From Acidobacteriota bacterium (lineage in GTDB: Bacteria > Acidobacteriota > UBA6911 > RPQK01 > JAJDTT01): a stretch of DNA of 64,000 nucleotides. The notes beneath the pieces are model-generated. The model searched no databases. It was not told the DNA's origin and worked only from the letters and a program-made list of their open reading frames with translations. A program made the translations under genes and the position numbers. Every line of letters starts with the position of its first letter. Positions within the stretch are counted from its first letter, which is position 1. The stretch is taken from contig CBDCJH010000002.1 in assembly GCA_965217775.1 (NCBI GenBank), positions 3,360,001-3,424,000 on the forward strand. Direction: 5' to 3'. Of the stretch, positions 28,248 through 39,801 are shown piece by piece.

Positions 28248-29711
28248 CTACCGGAACTGAAACGAATAGAGATCCGCGTCCTTCATGAGGAAACGCAGCC
28301 GCACTGGCTGTCCGGCGATCCGGCTGAGGTCGCTGCCCCCCTTCCAGGTGACGACTCGCTCGATCTGGTCTCCGATGATCCGGACGGCGTCGTCCGCCGA
28401 GAAACCGGCGATGGGATTTCCGGCGGAGTCCCGAATCTCGACCCGGAGGCTTCCGGCCGCCGAGGTGGCGTAGTTGATCACCAGCTCGCTGCCGCTGAAT
28501 CGGAGGATCCTGGTGACCAACTCGCCTCCTTCGTAGGGAGCGCGGACCGACGAGAAGCCATCCGTACGCAACACCATCCGCTCCAGGCGAGCGGTCTTCT
28601 GAGCGTAGTCCCGCTGGACGTAGAAGGACATCTCCGCCGGGCCGGTGGGGACCACTCCCAGCGCCGGGTAATTGGTGCGCGAGGTCCAGTTGGTGAGGCC
28701 GATGCCGGGCCGGATGAGGCTCTCCCGGAAGGTGAAATCATAGATGGTGGTGCCGGCGCGGCTGGTCAGGAGGACGCCGTCCGCGATGTCCCGGACCCTC
28801 CAGTCAGGATCGCGCGGAAAGCCGGGATCCGTTCCCAGTTCCGCCGTCTGGGCCTCGTTCAGGACCCGGCGGCCGGCTTGAAAACGGCCCGGCAGGGCCA
28901 CGTAGATGTGGGGCGCCCGAAAGTAAGGGTGGGTCTGGTTGGTGTAGAGGTGCTGGGACGGGATTGTGGCGCCCGTATCGCTGTAGGTCATGAGGACGGG
29001 ATCGGTCCAGTTGAGGAAGTCCTGGGAAGTGGAACGCGCCACGGCCCGCCGCCCCCCGACTGCGTGCCGGCAGTAGAGGACGTAGCGTCCCTCCGCTTCC
29101 GACCAGAACATCACGTTCTGGGAGTCGAAGTGGTTCCTTATTTTCCTGGGGACGATCGCTTTGTCGCGAACCAGCTTCCAACGAATGCCGTCGGCGGAGA
29201 CGTAGCCGAGCAGTCCTCCCTTGGCTTCCATGTTGGCCTTGTAACGCTCGGCGGCCGGCACGCCTGGGCGGCCGTCGATGAAGGGGCAGAATTGGCGACC
29301 CGAGTCCAGGATCACGTTGTTCTCACGGCTCCCCTGAATCTCGATCAGACCCAGCGAAGGACGAGTCCAACGAATCCCGTCCCGGCTCTCCGCATAACAG
29401 GTATAGGACTGACGCCCCAGCCCGCAGCGGTAATACATGCGGTAGGTTTCGTCGTCCTTGAGGATCGTGGTGTAGAAGGAGTTCCAGTCCTCCCAGGGCT
29501 TCTCGTAGGAGATGGCGACGCCTCCGGGCCGGGGAACGTGCAGTTTCAGGCGGGTCCCCCGGAGCTGTCCGATCAAGTGGTAGTCGACGAAGAGCTCCCG
29601 CCGGGAGCCGATGTCCAACGACGCGTCGAAATCGGATTTCCCCCAACCGGTTCCCGCCACAGGAGACGACAACAGGACCGCCGTTCCCAGAACCAACACT
29701 CTCCATCTCAT
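28248..29711 (-). CDS. secreted GH32-like beta-propeller protein
   Basis: IGSRRELFVD, YAESRDGIRW, FDSQN, LRTDGFSS, DADLYSFQF. Confidence 0.72.
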   Translation of the reverse strand: MRWRVLVLGTAVLLSSPVAGTGWGKSDFDASLDIGSRRELFVDYHLIGQLRGTRLKLHVPRPGGVAISYEKPWEDWNSFYTTILKDDETYRMYYRCGLGRQSYTCYAESRDGIRWTRPSLGLIEIQGSRENNVILDSGRQFCPFIDGRPGVPAAERYKANMEAKGGLLGYVSADGIRWKLVRDKAIVPRKIRNHFDSQNVMFWSEAEGRYVLYCRHAVGGRRAVARSTSQDFLNWTDPVLMTYSDTGATIPSQHLYTNQTHPYFRAPHIYVALPGRFQAGRRVLNEAQTAELGTDPGFPRDPDWRVRDIADGVLLTSRAGTTIYDFTFRESLIRPGIGLTNWTSRTNYPALGVVPTGPAEMSFYVQRDYAQKTARLERMVLRTDGFSSVRAPYEGGELVTRILRFSGSELVINYATSAAGSLRVEIRDSAGNPIAGFSADDAVRIIGDQIERVVTWKGGSDLSRIAGQPVRLRFLMKDADLYSFQFR

Positions 29712-29905
29712 GATCGAACCTCCATTTCCGCGTCCGTTGCAGCTTTTCCGCCCTGCCCCCCATCACCTCGGGCCGGCTGAATACCAGAGAGTACAGGTCC
29801 CCGTCCGGAATCACCAAACTCGGTTGCTGCCGCCGGGAAACGGCTTGTGCTAATCTCCGTGAAACCGAGTCCCATGATGCATTCGCTTCGGAAAAGGAAA
29901 CTGAA

Positions 29906-30808
29906 ATGAGAACTCTCTGGCTCCTGCTGGCGAGCTTGGCGGCGGTCACTTCGACCGTGGCGGGTGCTTCGACCCCGCCGGCGCCGACCCACGCCGACGT
30001 GGCGTACGGACCGCACGCGCGCAACCGGCTGGATTTCTGGAAAGCGGAGGGCCAGGGTCCCCGCCCCCTCCTGGTCTTCATTCACGGCGGAGGTTGGACC
30101 GCCGGTGACAAGACCCGGCACATAGCGGATTTCTGGACGTACCTCGAGCGGGGCATCTCCTACGCCGCCGTCAACTACCGCCTGACCCCCGGGTCCCCCC
30201 TTCCGGCTCCGGTTCACGATGCGGCCCGGGCTATCCAGTTTCTGCGCTGGAAGGCCTCGGAGTGGAACATCGACAAGCATCGCATCGCTTTGACCGGAAG
30301 CAGCGCGGGAGCCTGCACCTCCATGTGGATCCTGCTGCACGACGATCTGGCGGACCTCCAGGCCGCCGACCCCGTACTCCGCGAGTCGACCCGGGTGACG
30401 GCGGCGGCAGTTCACGGCGGACAGACGTCCATCGACCCCAAGGTGATCGAGCCCTGGTTGGGACCGAACGTCCTGAAGCATCGGATGATCAACATGGCGG
30501 TGGGCGAGACGACCATCGAAGCCGCTCTGGCGAACTACGAGAAACACCGTCCGCTGTACGTCGAGTTCTCGCCCTACAATCACCTGACCGCCGACGATCC
30601 TCCGCTGCTGATGACGTATGGAAACAACATGACGCTCCCCTCAGAGGACGCCGGACACGGGATCCACCACCCCGTGTACGGGATCAAGGTGAAGGAGAAG
30701 TCGCGCCGCCTGGGGCACGAGTGCCACTTGCTGATCGAAGGCGTATCGAAGTCGGCGCAGTACGCCAGTGAGATGGAGTTCTTGATGGCGAAGCTGCTGG
30801 GCAGATAA
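29906..30808 (+). CDS. secreted alpha/beta hydrolase (HSL-type esterase)
   Basis: HGGGW, VNYRL, GSSAG. Confidence 0.85.
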   Translation: MRTLWLLLASLAAVTSTVAGASTPPAPTHADVAYGPHARNRLDFWKAEGQGPRPLLVFIHGGGWTAGDKTRHIADFWTYLERGISYAAVNYRLTPGSPLPAPVHDAARAIQFLRWKASEWNIDKHRIALTGSSAGACTSMWILLHDDLADLQAADPVLRESTRVTAAAVHGGQTSIDPKVIEPWLGPNVLKHRMINMAVGETTIEAALANYEKHRPLYVEFSPYNHLTADDPPLLMTYGNNMTLPSEDAGHGIHHPVYGIKVKEKSRRLGHECHLLIEGVSKSAQYASEMEFLMAKLLGR

Positions 30809-30851
30809 ACGGCGGCTTCCGCGTTCGATTCAATATCGATGCGACACGACC

Positions 30852-32078
30852 ATGACGAACGCAGACGGTAACGGATTTTCCTTGTCGCGGTTGATCGGCT
30901 CCCGAAAGCCCGGCCTCACCCTGGAGCAGCCGTTCTACAACTCACCGCGGATCTTCGAACTGGACATGGAGAGGATCCACTTGCGCCACTGGCAGATCGT
31001 GGGCCACGTGAGCCGTCTGCCTCGCGCGGGGGACTATTTCCTCTACTCTCTGGGCGGCGAGTCGGTGGTGATCGTCCGGGACCGGGACGGTGAAATCCAC
31101 GCCCTGCTCAACGTGTGCCGGCATCGCGGATCCAGGATCTGCCTGGAGGAGAAGGGTTCGGTCAAGAGATTCGTCTGTCCCTATCACTCCTGGACCTACG
31201 GATTGGACGGAGCCTTGATCTCTGCCCGGCACATGCCCGATGGCTTCGATCGGGCGGAATATCCCCTGCATCGGTGCCAGGTTCGGGTAGTGGAGGGGCT
31301 GATCTTCATCTGCCTGGCGGAGAGTCCTCCACCCTTCGATTCCCTGGAACGAGACATCTCGACCCTCTTTGCCCCGCACGGCTGGCCGGCGGCCAGGACC
31401 TGTGCCCGGATCAGGCACGTCATCCGCGCCAACTGGAAGCTGGTGGCCGAGAATTTCTTCGAATGCTACCACTGCATCCACACCCATCCCGAGTTGACCA
31501 CCGTCATGGGCTACGTCCGCGCCGGCGAGTCGAAGCGCTTCGGCCGAGAGCTGGACCGCTACACCTCCCGGTGGAAGAGGGAGATCTGCCGCACGGGTCA
31601 TGATCCGGAGCCGTTCCAGCGTCCGGCCGGGATCCAGCAGCATGGGGGCCGCAGGCCCATCCGTCCGGGGTATCTGACCCAGAGCCGGACCGGCAGGCCG
31701 CTCGCGCCCCTCATGGGAGACTACGACGCCTATGACGGGGGCGTGTCCTCCATCATGTTCTTTCCCATCCACTGGCTGGTCGCCGGCAACGACTACGGAA
31801 TGGCCACCCGGTTCACGCCGCTCTCCCCTCAGGAAACCGAAGTCGAGCTCACCTGGCTCGTGCACCCGGACGCGGTCGAGGGCGTCGACTACGATCCCGA
31901 CAAGGTGACCTGGCTGTGGCTCAAGACGCTGGAAGAGGACCGGGAGATCTGTGAGAACAACCAGGCCGGCGTCAACAGCCGTTACTACCGTCCGGGTCCC
32001 TACAGTACTGCCGAGGAGACCGTGGACCGTTTCTGCCAGTGGTACCTGGAAGAGCTGGGCATGAATTCCCAGGAGTGA
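30852..32078 (+). CDS. Rieske ring-hydroxylating oxygenase alpha subunit (GbcA-like)
   Basis: CRHRG..CPYH Rieske site; NWK..ENFFECYHC..TH mononuclear iron site. Confidence 0.88.
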   Translation: MTNADGNGFSLSRLIGSRKPGLTLEQPFYNSPRIFELDMERIHLRHWQIVGHVSRLPRAGDYFLYSLGGESVVIVRDRDGEIHALLNVCRHRGSRICLEEKGSVKRFVCPYHSWTYGLDGALISARHMPDGFDRAEYPLHRCQVRVVEGLIFICLAESPPPFDSLERDISTLFAPHGWPAARTCARIRHVIRANWKLVAENFFECYHCIHTHPELTTVMGYVRAGESKRFGRELDRYTSRWKREICRTGHDPEPFQRPAGIQQHGGRRPIRPGYLTQSRTGRPLAPLMGDYDAYDGGVSSIMFFPIHWLVAGNDYGMATRFTPLSPQETEVELTWLVHPDAVEGVDYDPDKVTWLWLKTLEEDREICENNQAGVNSRYYRPGPYSTAEETVDRFCQWYLEELGMNSQE

Positions 32079-32129
32079 GGAACGAGGAATGAGAGCAGGC
32101 CCGTCCCGGGACAGGCGCTCATCGGAACC

Positions 32130-33302
32130 TCATTCTCCAGCGAAGTCCGACTCCATCAGCCGCAGCCGCACGCCGGCGATGATCTCCCTCTTGCCGCCGG
32201 CGCGAACCCCCGCATAGTGGGTGGTCAGCCAGATCTCGCCGGGCCGGCGTTCGAACAGATAGGGGTAGGAGAGCCAGCCACCGGGCTGCCGGGCCACGAC
32301 CTGGGGACGAGTCCAGGTCTTTCCGTCGTCTTCCGAGAAGGCGATGGACAGCTCTTCCCGCTGCCAACTTCCGGGAATGCGGGAATAGGGGAGTCCTCTG
32401 CGCGCCCCGGGCCGGCGGTCCCACTCCTGGAGCGTCGTCCCCTCCGGATGGAGACGGTTCCAGGCCAGGACGAGACGGCCGCTGGAGAGGCGGATCAGGT
32501 GCCCCGGAGCGCTGCTGGCGTCGATGCCGCTGGGCCGGATCACCCGCCAGGAACGGCCCTCGTCGTTGGAGAACGCCTCCCAGAAGCGGTCCCAGTTGGT
32601 GCGGATCAGGGTCCAGAGGCGGCCGTCCCGAAGTTCGACCAGGGTCGGCTCGATGGCGCCGTCGTGGTGCCCGTGCCCGCCTAGGTCGATGAGGTTGCTC
32701 TGGTCCCAGGTGAGGCCCGCGTCATCAGAGTAAAAGGTCACGAAGGCGTGGCGTGCGGGTCCGCTCAGGAGTCTCATCACCGGCACCACCACCCGGCCGG
32801 AGCGGGTCTCCATGATGTCCACCAGGGCGCCGCACCAGTCCCGGGAGAGGAGTTGGGCATCGACCCAGGTCTCCCCCTGGTCCAGGCTGCGCGCCGACCA
32901 GACCTCGTTGAAGATGCCGGGGTCCGGTTCGTTGGTCTGATTGTTCCAGCCCCATTTCCGCTTCTTGGTGTCCATGAACACCAGCACCAGGACACCCCCA
33001 CGGGTCTTTTCCAGGACTCTCCATTCCCGGTGCATGGCGGGATCCCGTTCCTGGAACACGGGACCCTTGCTGCTCCAGGTGCGTCCGTCGTCCCGGGAGA
33101 AGTGGGCTTCGTTGCCTTCGACCGTCAGGAGACGGCCGTCGTCCAGCAACACGAAGGGCCCGTCGCGGTCCGTGACCAGTTGTTGGGACTTGGGGTGGGT
33201 CCACTCGGCCCGCGTCGCCGCTGGCGCGGATCCTCCAATGAGGCCCGCCGTCCAAGAGCTCAGCCAGGCCAGGATGGCGAGTCCCATCGACACGGTGGTC
33301 AT
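32130..33302 (-). CDS. sialidase family (BNR-repeat) protein
   Basis: Five Asp-boxes (SRDDGRTW, SLDQGETW, SDDAGLTW, SNDEGRSW, SEDDGKTW); SYP. Confidence 0.8.
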   Translation of the reverse strand: MTTVSMGLAILAWLSSWTAGLIGGSAPAATRAEWTHPKSQQLVTDRDGPFVLLDDGRLLTVEGNEAHFSRDDGRTWSSKGPVFQERDPAMHREWRVLEKTRGGVLVLVFMDTKKRKWGWNNQTNEPDPGIFNEVWSARSLDQGETWVDAQLLSRDWCGALVDIMETRSGRVVVPVMRLLSGPARHAFVTFYSDDAGLTWDQSNLIDLGGHGHHDGAIEPTLVELRDGRLWTLIRTNWDRFWEAFSNDEGRSWRVIRPSGIDASSAPGHLIRLSSGRLVLAWNRLHPEGTTLQEWDRRPGARRGLPYSRIPGSWQREELSIAFSEDDGKTWTRPQVVARQPGGWLSYPYLFERRPGEIWLTTHYAGVRAGGKREIIAGVRLRLMESDFAGE

Positions 33303-33339
33303 CTTCCGAACTCGATTATGCTCCGACCTCAAGGAAAGT

Positions 33340-33413
33340 TGGCTGGGGGACAGGGATTCGAACCCCGATAACGTGGTCCAGAGCCACGCGTGTTGCCGTT
33401 ACACCATCCCCCA
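33340..33413 (-). tRNA. tRNA-Gln (anticodon CTG)
   Basis: Reverse complement TGGGGGATGGTGTAACGGCAACACGCGTGGCT-CTG-GACCACGTTATCGGGGTTCGAATCCCTGTCCCCCAGCCA: cloverleaf, TTCGAA T-loop, encoded CCA. Confidence 0.95.
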
Positions 33414-33501
33414 ACCGGAGGGCCGAACGGGGCGCATTATAGCAAAACGGCCCAGACCTGCAGGACCGGCGGCGGCATCTGCGAGAAACGTGGATCTGGA
33501 A

Positions 33502-33906
33502 TCAGTCCACCAGTTGCAGCCGTGCGGAGGCCTGCTCCAAAAGAGTCAAGGCAGCCTGGTAGTCGGTCCCCGGATCCCGGGACCGGAGCATCTGCTCGGC
33601 CTTCTTCTTGTCCACCCGGGCCTGCGAGCCATCGATCATCTCGGGCGACTCCACCTCCTCGGCCAGGACAATCACCCGGTCGGGAAGGACTTCGGCGAAA
33701 CCGGAGCTGCAGAAAAGTTGGACGCGGTCCTCACCCTCGGGGTAGGAGATGATGCCCGTCTTCAACTCGGAAAGGAGCGGCGCGTGGCCGGGCAGGATGC
33801 CCAGATAACCTTCCGCGCCGGGGATGGTCACCTCCTGCACCTCGCCACTGAAGACGAGCCGGTCCGGGGCGACGATCTCCAATTGAATGGCCTCGGGTAG
33901 CGCCAC
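33502..33906 (-). CDS. atpC: ATP synthase F1 epsilon
   Basis: LEIVAPDR..GYLGILPGHAPL; directly after atpD. Confidence 0.93.
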   Translation of the reverse strand: MALPEAIQLEIVAPDRLVFSGEVQEVTIPGAEGYLGILPGHAPLLSELKTGIISYPEGEDRVQLFCSSGFAEVLPDRVIVLAEEVESPEMIDGSQARVDKKKAEQMLRSRDPGTDYQAALTLLEQASARLQLVD

Positions 33907-33908
33907 GA

Positions 33909-35357
<1,449 letters not shown>

Positions 35358-36233
35358 TCACCCTTCCAGGGCGTCCGCTCCGCTGACGATCTCGATGATC
35401 TCCGTGGTGATGGAGGCTTGCCGGATGCGGTTCATGGTCAGGGTCAACTTGTCGATCATCTCCTTGGCGTTCCTGGTGGCGGCGTCCATGGCCGTCATCC
35501 GGGCTCCGTGCTCGGCCGCCTCCGACTCCAGCATGGCCCGGAAGATCTGAGTCTCCACGTGCCGCGGCAACAGAAAGTCCAGCATCTCCCGGGGCGGCTG
35601 CTCATAGATGTAGTCGACGCCCAATTCCGTTTCCGCTTCCGGCTGGAACTCAAGGCGCCGGATGGGCAGCAGAGGCTCCAGGATCACATTCTGCCGCACC
35701 ACGGACTTGAACTCGTTGTACACCAGGTAGACGGCGTCCAGCTCGCTGGAAGAGAAATAGTCGATGATCCCCTTGCCGATCTCCCGGGCGTAACGGTGAT
35801 CCACCCGGGTCATGATGTTCAAGAACTCGTGGCGCACCGGCCAGGGGCGGGTCTTGAACCATTCCACACCCCGCCGTCCCACCAGCGTCAGGCTCAACGT
35901 GCGGTTGGCCGCCTCGTTCTCGATGAAGTTCATGGCCGACCGGATGATGTTGGAGTTGAAGGATCCACAGAGCCCACGGTCCCCGGTGATGACCACCAAC
36001 ATCACCCGTTCCCCCTCCCTCTGGGCCAGAAGCGGGTGCTGAGAGGGATCGATCCGCCGGGCCATGGAGTTGAGCACGGACAGCATCCGGTTGGCGTAGG
36101 GTCTGGCCGCCACGATCCGGTCCTGGGCCCGCTTCAGCTTGGAGGCGGCCACCAGCTTCATGGCCCTGGTGATCTGTTGGATGTTCTTGACCGAACGAAC
36201 TCGCCGCCGGAAGTGAATCAGGTTGCCGGGCAT
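35358..36233 (-). CDS. atpG: ATP synthase F1 gamma
   Basis: QITRAMKLVA, RQASITTEIIEIVSGA. Confidence 0.97.
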   Translation of the reverse strand: MPGNLIHFRRRVRSVKNIQQITRAMKLVAASKLKRAQDRIVAARPYANRMLSVLNSMARRIDPSQHPLLAQREGERVMLVVITGDRGLCGSFNSNIIRSAMNFIENEAANRTLSLTLVGRRGVEWFKTRPWPVRHEFLNIMTRVDHRYAREIGKGIIDYFSSSELDAVYLVYNEFKSVVRQNVILEPLLPIRRLEFQPEAETELGVDYIYEQPPREMLDFLLPRHVETQIFRAMLESEAAEHGARMTAMDAATRNAKEMIDKLTLTMNRIRQASITTEIIEIVSGADALEG

Positions 36234-36289
36234 ATTGTTTCAGGCGTCCACCCGAGGCGTTGGACTCGGGGCCGGATCCGATCCGGAAG

Positions 36290-37810
<1,521 letters not shown>

Positions 37811-37884
37811 TTGTCTCGTCCTCTTGACTTGCAGCTCTGTCGAACCCGGATCCGGGAACGGCAGTCCGTTGCCGCGGCGGTATT

Positions 37885-38424
37885 CTAATCTCGGCTGATC
37901 CGCCGCCTGACCTCTTCCAACTGCGTCCGGATGGAGCCATCGTAGATGACCGATCCTACCTTGATCTTGAGCCCGCCGATGAGGGACTCATCCTGCTCAT
38001 AGGCGAGGCGAACCCGGGCCCGTGAAATCTCCGAAAGAACTTCTTCGAGGCGATTCCGAACCTCGGCGTCCAGTCCCCTCGCCGAGGTCACAACGCCCCG
38101 GACGACACCGGCTCGCTGGTCCATGGCCTCCGTGAAGGCTTCGGCGTATTCGTCGTATTCCCCGATTCGACCGTTCTCCAGCAGCACCAGGATGAAGTTG
38201 ACCGTGATCTCGGCCAGGGAGAGCCGGCCCCCCAACTCTTCCACGATCCGGCGCTTGGGAGCGAAGGGTATGGCCGGGCTCAGCAGCGTCTCCACCAACT
38301 CGGGGGACGCCTGCAGGGCGGTCCCGAACGAGTTCAGATCTTGCTGGACCCGCGTCTCCCGACCCTGTTGCACGGCTACCTGGGACAGGGCCCGAGCGTA
38401 TCTGCGTGCCCGCGACGAAGCCAT
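37885..38424 (-). CDS. atpH: ATP synthase F1 delta
   Basis: [23 protein letters not shown]. Confidence 0.93.
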   Translation of the reverse strand: MASSRARRYARALSQVAVQQGRETRVQQDLNSFGTALQASPELVETLLSPAIPFAPKRRIVEELGGRLSLAEITVNFILVLLENGRIGEYDEYAEAFTEAMDQRAGVVRGVVTSARGLDAEVRNRLEEVLSEISRARVRLAYEQDESLIGGLKIKVGSVIYDGSIRTQLEEVRRRISRD

Positions 38425-38445
38425 TGACGGTTCCTTCCAACCCTC

Positions 38446-39024
38446 TCAGTTTCGGCTGTGGAGGTGCTCGACGGCCCGGCCTACGACCCGGGCGTCCTCT
38501 TCAGCCGTCAGCTCCCGACTCAACTTCTGCCGGGCCAGCCCCACGGCCAGATCGGCGGCATGGGACCGGAGCTCGATCCGGGCCACGCGTGTCAGCAACT
38601 GGATCTCCGTTTCCGCTCTCCGGGTCAGGCGGTCCACGTCCCGTTGGGACCGTTCCAGCACTCGCAGGCGCTCCGCCTCGGCTTCCTCGGCCGTGGTCTT
38701 CCTCATGCCCGCCAGCTCCTCGTCCAGCCCCTGCATCTGCCCCTGGACGACCGACAGCCTTGCTTCCGCCTCCTGCAAGGCCCGTCCCGCCGAGCTGATG
38801 TCTTCCTGTATTCCACGCTTGCGGTCGGCCAGAAACTGCCGCAGGGGAAGACGGAGAAAGTAGGCGATGATGCCCACCAGGACCGCCAGATTGAACCACC
38901 GGCCGGCGGTCTCCACCCATCCCCAGCCACTGCCCGAGGCGGCGACCAGGATCGGCGCCACCAGCAGCAACGCCAACCAGAGTCCCCCGTAGCTCCGCCG
39001 CGAACCTGTGCCTTGAGTTCCCAT
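38446..39024 (-). CDS. atpF: ATP synthase F0 subunit b (start uncertain)
   Basis: TM helix (RWFNLAVLVGIIAYF) plus coiled coil; operon position. Confidence 0.85.
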   Translation of the reverse strand: MGTQGTGSRRSYGGLWLALLLVAPILVAASGSGWGWVETAGRWFNLAVLVGIIAYFLRLPLRQFLADRKRGIQEDISSAGRALQEAEARLSVVQGQMQGLDEELAGMRKTTAEEAEAERLRVLERSQRDVDRLTRRAETEIQLLTRVARIELRSHAADLAVGLARQKLSRELTAEEDARVVGRAVEHLHSRN

Positions 39025-39220
39025 GGAGGCTTCCGCCTGATCGTTCACCTTCGTGCGGTCTTCATCGGCCCGTAGCGGCTGATGCCTGAGGCGTTCAGAC
39101 GACGGCTGGGAGAAGCCAACCGTTTCGTCGTGCCTGTTCGCCGGACCCGGGATGGACGCCGGGTTGCTGTTCACCCTCCGGAATAATCGGGATAAAATGA
39201 CCGGGGAGGATCGGTCCCCT

Positions 39221-39685
39221 TCACGCCCGGTCCAGAATCCTGTCGGCCAGGATTCGCGCTGTGTCCTCGGCTTCGCGAGTCAGTTGCCGCTTGGCCGAGA
39301 TCAGATCCGCTTCGATCTCACTCCTCGCATTGGCCAGCAGGACCTCGGCCTGCCGGCGCGCTTGCGCGACTCGGTTGTTTCCCTCTTTCAGCGCCTCGGT
39401 TCGAACCGATTCCGCCAGCTTGTAACCTGCCTGCCTCTCCTCCGCCAGCCTCTGCTGGTACTGTTCGTAGAGAGTCTGATGTTGATCCAGAATCTCCTGG
39501 ACTCGACCGCTCACCTGGGTGGTCCGCGCCCCCCGTTCGGCCAGGACTTGGAAAAGGGGACGAAAGAGAACCCGGTTGAGAATGAAGAGAGTGGTCAAAA
39601 ACACGGCCGCCGCAACCGGCAGCGTCCAATCTGGTGTCAGCAAGGTTCTCCCACTCCCGTCTCTAGACGGGGCATCTTCTAACAT
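39221..39685 (-). CDS. ATP synthase F0 subunit b' (start uncertain)
   Basis: PDWT..FILNRVLFRP..VLAER plus coiled coil; first gene of the operon. Confidence 0.82.
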   Translation of the reverse strand: MLEDAPSRDGSGRTLLTPDWTLPVAAAVFLTTLFILNRVLFRPLFQVLAERGARTTQVSGRVQEILDQHQTLYEQYQQRLAEERQAGYKLAESVRTEALKEGNNRVAQARRQAEVLLANARSEIEADLISAKRQLTREAEDTARILADRILDRA

Positions 39686-39801
39686 GATCCTCCGACGCAG
39701 GTCAAGAAATCGGGGGCGTCAGAGGAGTTCGTCGCCAATGTCACCATCGCCCCATACGCTTTACGAAATGGCTGGTGCCGAGGACTACGGTCATGGCCTG
39801 A

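Noticed and set aside
33340-33413. tRNA-Gln as an island integration site
   Set aside because: No duplicated tRNA 3' end or integrase seen in the window
39789-39796. GGTCATGG upstream of cas3 matches 8 nt near the start of mini-array spacer 1
   Set aside because: Only 8 nt with no extension and no convincing PAM; too weak to claim cas autoregulation
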